A stretch of 32,600 nt of DNA from Bacteroidota bacterium (GCA_031410275.1 JANNYV010000423.1:1-32600); one strand, 5' to 3'; counted from the first letter of the stretch, positions 22,204 to 30,698 are shown. A program made the numbers and translations. Notes: generated by a model not told the origin, from the sequence alone.

Positions 22204-22563
22204 TTGAAAAACTCAGATCTCATAGTAATTTTAGGCGCATCCGATAACCCGATGCGACCAAGTTATATGGCGAATAAAATATTGAAGAATAAAGGATTTA
22301 AAACGATGAATATCGCCTATCAAAAGGAGGATGCATCGGATATGGAGATTCCGGTTTTCAACGAAGAAGGCAAAACCATTACAATATTTTTAAAACCAAA
22401 TCAACAAAAGCAATATTATAATTACATGCTTTCGCTGAAGCCTTCCAAAATTATTTTTAATCCCGGGACAGAGAATGATGAGCTCAAAGCCATTGCTTCT
22501 GAAAATAATATCAAAGTCGTTTCAGGTTGTACCATTGCCCTTATTATGAACAGCATGTTGTAG
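22204..22563 (+). CDS. CoA-binding domain protein, paralog 2 (TTG start)
   Basis: It aligns by eye with the protein encoded at 10476-10838: ILGASDN vs VIGASEN, YYNYMLSLKPSKIIFNPGTENDE vs YYDYILSLKPKRIIFNPGAENEE, and GCTIAL vs ACTLVL. That homology supports the TTG start at 22204. Confidence 0.65.
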   Translation: MKNSDLIVILGASDNPMRPSYMANKILKNKGFKTMNIAYQKEDASDMEIPVFNEEGKTITIFLKPNQQKQYYNYMLSLKPSKIIFNPGTENDELKAIASENNIKVVSGCTIALIMNSML

Positions 22564-22655
22564 TGTTTATAAGTTATTAAGAAAAACATAATCCGGTATT
22601 GTATTCATAACAAAGATTTGTCTGTACATTTAACCTACACAAATCTATTGAAGTT

Positions 22656-23129
22656 ATGCAATGGAGAAAATTCAACGGTGAACAAATTCATTTACCTATC
22701 AAATCGGCGGTAGAAGAAATGATACAAGGCGAGGCTGCCCTGGGAAATAAACTCAAAGTATGTATTGGTACCGACTCACAGGTCAAGGGATTGGAAACTG
22801 AATTTGCCACGGTCATCGTTTTTTTACGCGAAGGCAGAGGAGGTTTTATGTTTATTCATAATGAAAAGACCTTAATTAAATATGCCATCAAGGAACGAAT
22901 GCTTGTTGAAGTATTTAAAAGCATTGAAATTGCGTATGAACTTTGTGACTTGTTTACACAATATGATGTGGATATGGAAGTGCATGCCGACATTAATACT
23001 AATCCTCAATTTAAAAGCAATGAAGCCTTACGAGAAGCAACAGGGTATATTCTCGGGATGGGTTTTGCGTTTAAAGCCAAACCCGAAGCCTTCGCCAGTA
23101 GCAGTTGTGCAAACAGAATTGTCAATTGA
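22656..23129 (+). CDS. YkuK-family (DUF458) RNase H-like fold protein
   Basis: The motifs VCIGTDSQ, VHADINTN and the C-terminal KPEAFASSSCANRIV match my recollection of Bacillus subtilis YkuK-type proteins (GTDSQ ... KPEAFAAS..ADR). The length is 157 aa. Confidence 0.65.
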   Translation: MQWRKFNGEQIHLPIKSAVEEMIQGEAALGNKLKVCIGTDSQVKGLETEFATVIVFLREGRGGFMFIHNEKTLIKYAIKERMLVEVFKSIEIAYELCDLFTQYDVDMEVHADINTNPQFKSNEALREATGYILGMGFAFKAKPEAFASSSCANRIVN

Positions 23130-23186
23130 CCGGTTTTTGTTTATCCCAATTATTCTGTATTATTGTGACAACAAAATAAAATAGCA

Positions 23187-23585
23187 ATGAAAAATTTGTA
23201 TGTTCTTTTTATTGTATGTATGTTGGGTGTATTTTCATTCACTGGTTGCAAGGAGTATACCAGCCTCAATAATGCAAGCAAAATTTCCCAACTCTATGGC
23301 AATCCTTTCTTATACAATCTTTCTAAATCAATTTTAAAAAATACGTCAAAGTTCTTGTTGACCAAAGGCCTGAAAAGTAATGCAGGTAAAGTTAATTTGC
23401 TCACCCCATTAAGTTCTATTATTACGAGTCCGGAACATGTAGATGAATATAAAGAGATGTTATGTACAGTATATAAAATTCCGGTGGCCAAGCTTGCCAA
23501 AAAATACAATTCCTTATCCAGTGTAAAAGACTTGCTTTCCTTTGTTGCCACTAACGGGCAGAAATTTAATTTTTACAGTAACTGA
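23187..23585 (+). CDS. Small lipoprotein of unknown function
   Basis: It has a lipoprotein signal, MKNLYVLFIVCMLGVFSFTGC, with a lipobox Cys. I did not recognise a family. Confidence 0.55.
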   Translation: MKNLYVLFIVCMLGVFSFTGCKEYTSLNNASKISQLYGNPFLYNLSKSILKNTSKFLLTKGLKSNAGKVNLLTPLSSIITSPEHVDEYKEMLCTVYKIPVAKLAKKYNSLSSVKDLLSFVATNGQKFNFYSN

Positions 23586-24218
23586 TTATTCTTCAGTTTT
23601 TTCTTTTAGTTGTTCGGCAGGAATATAATTTATCCTTAGCTGCTCTACATATTCTAATATCTCTTTTCGTGCTAATCGTTTCACTGCTGAACTAACGAAG
23701 ATGGTTGGTAGTTCATCCCATGTTTTTAATAAGGCTTGTTTAAATTGACTAACATGCTCACTCACTTCTTTTTGTGATTCTTTATCTGCTTTGGTAAAAA
23801 CAAGCGTAAACGGAATGGCCTTTTGCCCAAGTTTATTCACAAAATCAATATCCATACTTTGTGGTGTATGCCGGCTGTCGATAAGAACAAATAAGGTTTG
23901 CAGGTTTTCACGTTTTTCAACATAGTTCCAAATCATCTTTGTCCATGCTCCTCGTTTTGCTTGCGACACTTTCGCAAAACCGTATCCCGGCAAATCGACC
24001 CAATACATATTTTTATTAATGAGAAAATGATTAATCAGCTGCGTCTTTCCGGGGGATGAAGAAACCTTAGCCAATTCTTTTTTATTGGTGAGCATATTGA
24101 TTAATGAGGACTTGCCTACATTGCTTCTGCCAATGAAAGCTACTTCGGGTAATATTCCTTTCGGACAATTTGATATATCAGGGCTACTGATAAGATACTC
24201 TGTTGATTTTATTTCCAT
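23586..24218 (-). CDS. engB: Ribosome-biogenesis GTPase EngB/YihA
   Basis: G1 is GRSNVGKSSLIN, G3 is DLPGYG and G4 is TKADK. The length is 210 aa. Confidence 0.9.
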   Translation of the reverse strand: MEIKSTEYLISSPDISNCPKGILPEVAFIGRSNVGKSSLINMLTNKKELAKVSSSPGKTQLINHFLINKNMYWVDLPGYGFAKVSQAKRGAWTKMIWNYVEKRENLQTLFVLIDSRHTPQSMDIDFVNKLGQKAIPFTLVFTKADKESQKEVSEHVSQFKQALLKTWDELPTIFVSSAVKRLARKEILEYVEQLRINYIPAEQLKEKTEE

Positions 24219-24223
24219 CGGGA

Positions 24224-24231
24224 CAAAGGTA
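24224..24231 (-). promoter_or_regulatory. Bacteroidota -7 promoter box TACCTTTG for engB
   Basis: The plus strand reads caaaggta, which is TACCTTTG on the minus strand. It ends 5 nt before the engB ATG, implying a near-leaderless mRNA. Confidence 0.5.
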
Positions 24232-24253
24232 GTATAATTCGGGAATGCCTCAA

Positions 24254-24288
24254 TGATAGATAGGAGATAAGAGATTTGAGATGAGAGA
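24254..24288. repeat. Heptamer-periodic tract TGATAGA TAGGAGA TAAGAGA TTTGAGA TGAGAGA
   Basis: Read directly from the sequence: five in-register TNNGAGA units. The tract begins 22 nt upstream of the engB -7 box, relative to engB. Confidence 0.85.
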
Positions 24289-24340
24289 AAGCATAGCGGG
24301 TAATATTTTTTTCTTTAAATGAAAGCAGAGATATTTTCAC

Positions 24341-24853
24341 TTATGTCAAATATAAAATGAAAAATAATTCACTCAGGGAAAGTACAAAAGCTGCAATAAA
24401 TAAATTAATACTGTAGCCAATGCTCTTAAATTTGTAGATACTCAGTAAACTAAAAAAAGCAATCATAGCAGGAATATAAAGATAAACATATTGGTACATT
24501 CCGTACAGCACATTGACTACTTTACAATAACCATCCTCCCTATATTTTACTCGAACAACTTTGTTAAATACATAGTTTCGTTCATATTCAATGGTATCAC
24601 CAATATGAATACGAATATACCTTTCAGAACTAAAACAAATCTTTGCGGTTCTGTATATCTTGCAAATAAAATACTGAGTACGCGAATAAATTTGTTTCCG
24701 CTGATAATCTATGACAACATCTTTTGTCCATTTATTGGGAACATAATATTGGTAAATTTGAATAGCTGAGAGCAATACCATCAGCATCAATATACCATAC
24801 CTGACGATCGATTTATTCCAACCTTTTTCAATTTTATAATCGATTGCTTCCAT
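24341..24853 (-). CDS. Hypothetical membrane protein (170 aa)
   Basis: Three hydrophobic segments are present: GILMLMVLLSAIQIY, YLYIPAMIAFFSLLSIY and LFIAAFVLSLSELFFILYL. The composition is very AT-rich and Tyr/Lys/Ile-rich. I did not recognise a family. Confidence 0.45.
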   Translation of the reverse strand: MEAIDYKIEKGWNKSIVRYGILMLMVLLSAIQIYQYYVPNKWTKDVVIDYQRKQIYSRTQYFICKIYRTAKICFSSERYIRIHIGDTIEYERNYVFNKVVRVKYREDGYCKVVNVLYGMYQYVYLYIPAMIAFFSLLSIYKFKSIGYSINLFIAAFVLSLSELFFILYLT

Positions 24854-24898
24854 TCAAAAAATTGTATTGGATAAAAGAATATCTTCATTTAAATGAGG

Positions 24899-27307
24899 TT
24901 ACTCTTTCACAAATCTCGCTAAATACACTTTCCTATTTTCATCCCATACTTTAAGCAAATAGGTTCCGGTAGCCAATGATGAAACATCGAGCGTAGTGGA
25001 ATTTGAGTTTAGTAATACCGTTCTTCCTGCGGCATCATACACCGTAGAAGAGAGAATTGCAAAACCACTTTGTATATGCAATATTTTAGAAACAGGTGAA
25101 GGGAAAACAGTGATCGATTTTATTTCCTCTACATTGTTTACAGCCGTGCATGTTTGAATGGTCACAGGATGAATATCGGTATCAGAACAAGAAAGTGTGA
25201 GTGATTGTTTTACAGTAACCATACAAAATGTAGGATTGCCCCAAAATACTGTACATGATGAATCACTCGCACCACAGCCACTCACAGGTGTTCCGCCGTT
25301 AATCGTCCATACATAGGCAGCGCCGGGAATATGTGTGACTTTATAAAGTTCGGATGTATTTCTGCAAGGATATTGATTGCCCACAATGACCGGTTGCGGA
25401 TGCGGTGTGACTGTAATTGTTTGTTTTGTTTCGCATCCATACTTTGAACTCACAATGGCCTTATAATTCCCCGCCAAAGCAGGTACAAAAAAACTTGTAT
25501 CAGGTCCGGGTTTAAAATTATAGGTGTATTGATTACCGATAAAAATATTAACAGGGTCACCAGCACAAAATGTAGTATTAGTTAATGGCAGAGGTGGAAA
25601 AACACTTCCGGGTAAATTTGTTTGCATCCATGCCAGTCTGTTTGTTACGTTCGTTTTTAAGACATTGATATCGGCAATATAATTTTGCCATCGGTTTATA
25701 TTTCGTTGTACTGCATGTCGAATATAAGTTTGGTTACTGTCTATTAAATTGGTAAAGGCAAGGTTGGTCAACACATCATTTCGCAGCGAAGTGTAACGGC
25801 AAGCCAATGTTTTATTGAACACAGAATCTGTGCGAAGTGTTTGCCACCAAAACGGAAATATCCAATAACCATGTGTAATAATATGCACCCAGCCTGTATC
25901 GCAACAAAAGCCACGATCGGCATCCCAAGGCGGACCGCAATGTATTTTATTTCCATCAGTACTTTTTTCTTTGAATAAATATGTACTTCGTCCGTAGGTA
26001 TCATAGTTAGTGCTGTATTCACTTACAATTAAAAAATTGATAAGATCATCTTCGCTCGCATATTTACGCCAACCTATATTCGGGTCCTGATAATTTGGTC
26101 CGTGTAAAGCATCTTCAAAACTATCAACAAAGGCATGAATATAATTGAGTTGTTTGGGGTGCAATAAATTTTGATGCGGATATACTACTTTGTATTCATA
26201 TGGGTTGGTGAGGTTTTGAAATTGATAACCCGGATAATTTGAATACCAAGCTGCAGGGTCACCATTGGGATTGATTTCAAAAATATAGCCGCCTGTTAGT
26301 TCAACACCGGCAGTATCTATCGGTGCAAGCTTAGCAATGTTAATCCGGTTCGCATCCCGTTTCATTTTTTCCTCAAGAATATAGACACCAACATATTCAC
26401 CATTTACTATGAGCTCTACAAATTTTGTGCGTGGTGCATAGTAACCCATTCGTCGTGACATTTCAAAAGTGATAGCATCCTTCATCATAAATTCATCTGT
26501 GATGGCCGCCTTTAAAATCCAATCACTTTCAGCAGGCATGTTCAGTAATGCCACTGAGCTATCTGCACCAACCCCATTATGCAATTCAAAATCATAATTG
26601 GGTTTATCACCCCAAGCCGATGTATAACCTTGACGCTCGATAGCCAGATTATATTGTGCGGTAAATACAGTGGCATTAAAATTATTACTACCCAAACTGT
26701 TGCCAATTATTTTTATGGTACCCGGCACTTTCGGATCATCGGGTATATTACCGGAAGGCACATCAATTTTAAAAATAGGAAGATTAGAACTTGAGTTATT
26801 AATAGATACAATTTCAGGATTGGATATAAAATTAATATTCCAACTAATAAGTGTGCCGGTTACGCCATTCGTTATATTATCGAGATAATGAAGTTTCCAA
26901 ACGCCGTTCGGATTTTGGTTATTTATTAAATCGCGCATATTATCATATGCCATGTAGGCACCATTGAAAGGCGCATTGCTGTAGCGAACCGAGTTTGATG
27001 CATACAATCTGAAACAAGCATTGGTAAAATTTGCTGCACCTCCGTTGTTATATGTCATTTGTATAAACGTACCCGCCGGTGATTCGAGTTGCAGTCTTAT
27101 ATCACTTGCTTTTGGATGATTGAGTGTAATACATACTTCATAAAAACCATAGCTAGGCGTTGACTGTACCGGCAATCCTGATGTTGTAATATTAAATGTT
27201 AGATTGGTATTTTCGGCACACAATTGGTTGGGCGATGCCGTAAATGTTTGGGCTTGAATGGCATATGTCAGCAACAAGGAGAAAAAGAAAATACAATATC
27301 TTTTCAT
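24899..27307 (-). CDS. T9SS-secreted CotH-family (atypical kinase fold) protein with N-terminal proprotein-convertase P-domain
   Basis: - **Signal peptide:** MKRYCIFFFSLLLTYAIQA.
- **P-domain pattern (aa 20-165):** LNHPKASDIRLQLESPAGT...NPNGVWKLHYLDN..GVTGTLISWNINF.
- **CotH core:** ESDWILKAAITDEFMMKDAITFEMSRRMGYYAPRTKFVELIVNGEYVGVYILEEKMKRD.
- **C-terminal part:** Cys-rich Ig/PKD-like modules, then the sorting domain ITVFPSPVSKILHI...GTYLLKVWD. Confidence 0.8.
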   Translation of the reverse strand: MKRYCIFFFSLLLTYAIQAQTFTASPNQLCAENTNLTFNITTSGLPVQSTPSYGFYEVCITLNHPKASDIRLQLESPAGTFIQMTYNNGGAANFTNACFRLYASNSVRYSNAPFNGAYMAYDNMRDLINNQNPNGVWKLHYLDNITNGVTGTLISWNINFISNPEIVSINNSSSNLPIFKIDVPSGNIPDDPKVPGTIKIIGNSLGSNNFNATVFTAQYNLAIERQGYTSAWGDKPNYDFELHNGVGADSSVALLNMPAESDWILKAAITDEFMMKDAITFEMSRRMGYYAPRTKFVELIVNGEYVGVYILEEKMKRDANRINIAKLAPIDTAGVELTGGYIFEINPNGDPAAWYSNYPGYQFQNLTNPYEYKVVYPHQNLLHPKQLNYIHAFVDSFEDALHGPNYQDPNIGWRKYASEDDLINFLIVSEYSTNYDTYGRSTYLFKEKSTDGNKIHCGPPWDADRGFCCDTGWVHIITHGYWIFPFWWQTLRTDSVFNKTLACRYTSLRNDVLTNLAFTNLIDSNQTYIRHAVQRNINRWQNYIADINVLKTNVTNRLAWMQTNLPGSVFPPLPLTNTTFCAGDPVNIFIGNQYTYNFKPGPDTSFFVPALAGNYKAIVSSKYGCETKQTITVTPHPQPVIVGNQYPCRNTSELYKVTHIPGAAYVWTINGGTPVSGCGASDSSCTVFWGNPTFCMVTVKQSLTLSCSDTDIHPVTIQTCTAVNNVEEIKSITVFPSPVSKILHIQSGFAILSSTVYDAAGRTVLLNSNSTTLDVSSLATGTYLLKVWDENRKVYLARFVKE

Positions 27308-27320
27308 ACAATCGGGGTTA

Positions 27321-30300
27321 TTATTTTTTAGAGAACTTAATTAAATACGTTTGATTTTCATCCATACATTTCAATAAATAATTACCAACAGGTAAGGACT
27401 CAATATTAATTTCATTGATTTTTTTATGGGTTGAAAAAACTTCTCTTCCAACTATATCAAAAATAGAAACCCGGGTTAATGATTTACTTGATTCTATAAA
27501 TAACATAGAACTACTTGGATTTGGATACACCGAAATGAAGGTCGTTTTTTCATCGATAGAATTGACACCTAATGGAATACAAGCCGGATTGTAAGCAAAG
27601 CCCGGTGAGCCTTTCGGGCAACCGGCAAACCAAGAAGCCGCCGCATTATGATTACCGGCATATTGTCCATTTTCTAATGTCTTACCACCACCATTTGGTG
27701 CAGTTGGCCAGGGTGAGTTAGGACTGTAACAAACACTGTAACGCAGTTTCCCTGTATTATCAAACAGACGGATAACATCGCCCGTGCTACTCAATGAAAA
27801 ACCTAGCGGTCCGAGTTTATTGAAGACAGTCGGAAATTGAGAATTGAATTTTGTTGCATCACTATACAATACAACATATTTATTACCGTCAAGAGTATAG
27901 CCGCTCGGGAAGGTAAATAAATTTGTATTGCTTCCATCATGCAGTGTCCAACTGCTTAAACTAAATGGCGTTGTATTTTTATTATAAAGTTCTATCCAAT
28001 CACCGGCATCGGCAGTGGTGGCTGAACTATAATTAATTTCTGAATAAATTGGATTTTCTACGCAGGGCGTATAAGCCACACCAGGTGAGCCTCCTATACA
28101 TCCGGCGAACCAAGAAGCAGCATTATTGGGAATAGAAGTTGGTGAAACCAATTGTAATGTTCGTCCATTGCCAGCTGCCGAACATTGCCAAGTATCAAAA
28201 AAATTGACCGAGGTAATGAGTTTATTATCTTTATCACGAAGCACAATTTTTTGCCCTGTATTATTTAATTTAAAACACAAAGGTCCAATTTTATTTGTGA
28301 CTGCCGGAAATTGTGCCGTAAATTTCACAGCATCTTCATACACGACCAAGCGCTGCCCTGCATTGATAATGGTTCCATTCGGTATCACACAATATTTTTC
28401 ATAGGAATCTCCATCAAGTAAGGCCGCATTTGAAAGATCGATAGCCGTTGTTCCATAATTATTCAGCTCAAGCCAATCGCCTGCATCAATAGAACTTTCG
28501 CTATGGAAATTTATTTCATCAATTGAGAGACTTAAACCTGCAGACGCAAAACAATTTTGTGTTGAAGGATACATATTCGCATCAATCCAACTTAATTTAT
28601 TGGTGAGCCAAAGTTTCACTGAATCTACTTCACCCTGCCAACTGTTTGCAACCCAACCATTCGGCCAAACATAGGTCCCTATTGTTTGCCATATGGCTGA
28701 ATCTCTGACAGAGGCTTGTCGTAAATAATTTGCAGTGGTATCTATTCGTGCCATCAATGAAGCAGTGCTTAACGTGGTTTGTCGTAATTCATTCCATCTG
28801 CAATTCACTAAATTTTTAAACCATTGATCTTGCAACATTCTATCCATCCAATGTCCGCTACCATCGAGTCCACAACCCTGATACAATTGCCATCCGGTGG
28901 TTGGGTATCCGTTGCAGTAATCGCCATTTCCAAAACTTAAATTAAAATCCCAAAGAGGTCCCATGGTAAATCGCCCGCAACGACTGTCTCTGTCTTTGTG
29001 TATATACGTACTCAATCGATACCCATCAATATTATTACTAAGTTCGTTTAAGATAAAAAAATCAGCGAAGGAATAAGGGTTTGCAAACTTTCGATAACCC
29101 GTATTGGGATTTGTAAAACTTGAACCAAACAAAACAGATTCAAAGTTATTGATATAGCTTTCGAGATAGTTATGCTGTGTGGTTGTTACTTCATTCCAAT
29201 CAGGATCATGATGTTGAATTGAAATACCATTCACTGTATTCCACCAATTGCCGCTGCTTCCTGTTATTTTATCAACCTTAAAAATATAGCCTCCTGTGAG
29301 TGAATCACCGCTATTTGCCGTCGGTGTCATTTTTGCTAAATTAACTCTGTTCTTATCGCGTTTTATTTTTTCTAATAAAACATACACACCTTGGTTTTGC
29401 CCGTTGATAACAAGTTCTACAAATTGAGTACGACTTGCATACCAGTTTAATGCTCGACCAAGATCATATACCAACGCATCGCGCATGAATGATTTATCAG
29501 TATAAGGGTTCAATAATATCCAATCACTTTCAGCCGGGTAACCGAGTAATGAAGCATCAATACTATTTCCTGCCGTGTCGGCTGTACTAAAGCCATATGG
29601 TTTTTTGGGAAAGCCCTGCGATGTAGAGCCTCTGAATTCGATGGTGATTTTTCCGTTGTAATTATTAAATGGGTCGCTGATACAATTCATAGCACCAACA
29701 CCATTGTATATAATTCCCATGTCACATAAGATACGCGGATCATCTACAATAGTTTGTCCAAGTGTATTAATAGAGATAATGGGTAAGTTTGATTGCAATG
29801 GAGTTGGAGGAATAAACCATGAAGGTACCGGCGAATAACTTAATATCGAGTTGGTCATAGCCAATTGCAAGAAAGGACGTGAGCTAAGGTCTGAAGAGGT
29901 AGCAATATAATTATGCGTTTCAATAGAAAGTACATTCGTTCCGTTGATCAATAAAGTATCTAAAGCTGCCTGTGAAAGAATAAAATAGGCAGGTTGCAAA
30001 CCTTGATACAAATTAGCTTCAGTAGAGGTGTTGGCTAAACTGTTCCATTGTTGGGTAGGATCCATATTAGCCCGTGCTATTTCTTTTCCATTTAAATAGG
30101 CCACAAAGCCGTCGTCAAAATCCATACAAAATATAGCCGATTTGATGACTGATGTATCTACAATATTAAATGACTTACGCATATACACTGTTGTTGTTGG
30201 ATTGGGTATGACTGTATTATCATCACCATCGCCATAACCAATACCACCAACACCATTCGACCAAGTCGCATCATTAAATGTTGGCAAATGCCAGTTCGGA

Positions 30301-30443
30301 ATCGCAGCTGCCGGAATCGTATATTTCCAGCTAGTATTTTCAAGTACACACGATTCCCAATGATTAATTGGCGCACCGCCACATTGAGAAGATGAGTTGG
30401 AATAAATGCAAATAAGAATAAAAAAAGATAACAGTTTCTTCAT
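27321..30443 (-). CDS. T9SS-secreted CotH-family protein with two lamin-tail (LTD) domains
   Basis: - **Signal peptide** at the N-terminus.
- **N-terminal module:** a beta-sandwich (WSNGVGGIGYGDGDDNT).
- **CotH core:** ESDWILLNPYTDKSFMRDALVYDLGRALNWYASRTQFVELVINGQNQGVYVLLEKIKRD.
- **LTD modules:** two, IDEINFHSESSIDAGDWLELNNYG and YSEINYSSATTADAGDWIELYNKN, each ending AASWFAGC..GSPG.AY.P.
- **Sorting domain:** ISVYPNPSSSMLFI...GNYLLKCMD. Confidence 0.85.
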   Translation of the reverse strand: MKKLLSFFILICIYSNSSSQCGGAPINHWESCVLENTSWKYTIPAAAIPNWHLPTFNDATWSNGVGGIGYGDGDDNTVIPNPTTTVYMRKSFNIVDTSVIKSAIFCMDFDDGFVAYLNGKEIARANMDPTQQWNSLANTSTEANLYQGLQPAYFILSQAALDTLLINGTNVLSIETHNYIATSSDLSSRPFLQLAMTNSILSYSPVPSWFIPPTPLQSNLPIISINTLGQTIVDDPRILCDMGIIYNGVGAMNCISDPFNNYNGKITIEFRGSTSQGFPKKPYGFSTADTAGNSIDASLLGYPAESDWILLNPYTDKSFMRDALVYDLGRALNWYASRTQFVELVINGQNQGVYVLLEKIKRDKNRVNLAKMTPTANSGDSLTGGYIFKVDKITGSSGNWWNTVNGISIQHHDPDWNEVTTTQHNYLESYINNFESVLFGSSFTNPNTGYRKFANPYSFADFFILNELSNNIDGYRLSTYIHKDRDSRCGRFTMGPLWDFNLSFGNGDYCNGYPTTGWQLYQGCGLDGSGHWMDRMLQDQWFKNLVNCRWNELRQTTLSTASLMARIDTTANYLRQASVRDSAIWQTIGTYVWPNGWVANSWQGEVDSVKLWLTNKLSWIDANMYPSTQNCFASAGLSLSIDEINFHSESSIDAGDWLELNNYGTTAIDLSNAALLDGDSYEKYCVIPNGTIINAGQRLVVYEDAVKFTAQFPAVTNKIGPLCFKLNNTGQKIVLRDKDNKLITSVNFFDTWQCSAAGNGRTLQLVSPTSIPNNAASWFAGCIGGSPGVAYTPCVENPIYSEINYSSATTADAGDWIELYNKNTTPFSLSSWTLHDGSNTNLFTFPSGYTLDGNKYVVLYSDATKFNSQFPTVFNKLGPLGFSLSSTGDVIRLFDNTGKLRYSVCYSPNSPWPTAPNGGGKTLENGQYAGNHNAAASWFAGCPKGSPGFAYNPACIPLGVNSIDEKTTFISVYPNPSSSMLFIESSKSLTRVSIFDIVGREVFSTHKKINEINIESLPVGNYLLKCMDENQTYLIKFSKK

Positions 30444-30520
30444 GTTAAAAATTATTGGTTTAAAAGTAAGAAATAATGTTGAGCATGAAGGAATTTCGTA
30501 TGGGATATTTTAATAGATAG

Positions 30521-30596
30521 TTATCAGTTGATGGTTGTCGGCAACCTTTTACCAATTGTCAACTATCGATTGTCAATTGTCAACTTACAACAAATA
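30521..30596. repeat. Heptamer-periodic tracts TTATCAG TTGATGG TTGTCGG ... ATTGTCA ACTATCG ATTGTCA ATTGTCA ACTTACA ACAAATA
   Basis: Read directly from the sequence. The tract lies in the divergent intergenic region between the CotH-LTD gene and the alpha-2-macroglobulin gene. It contains the small palindrome GGTTGTCGGCAACC (30533-30546). Confidence 0.8.
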
Positions 30597-30698
30597 ATCC
30601 CCTATCTCCTGCACTTAATCAAAATAAAACCACACCTGATAGAACCCACAGAATCAGCTTGAGCGGCATTAGACATTTACATCGTAAAACATACAAAC

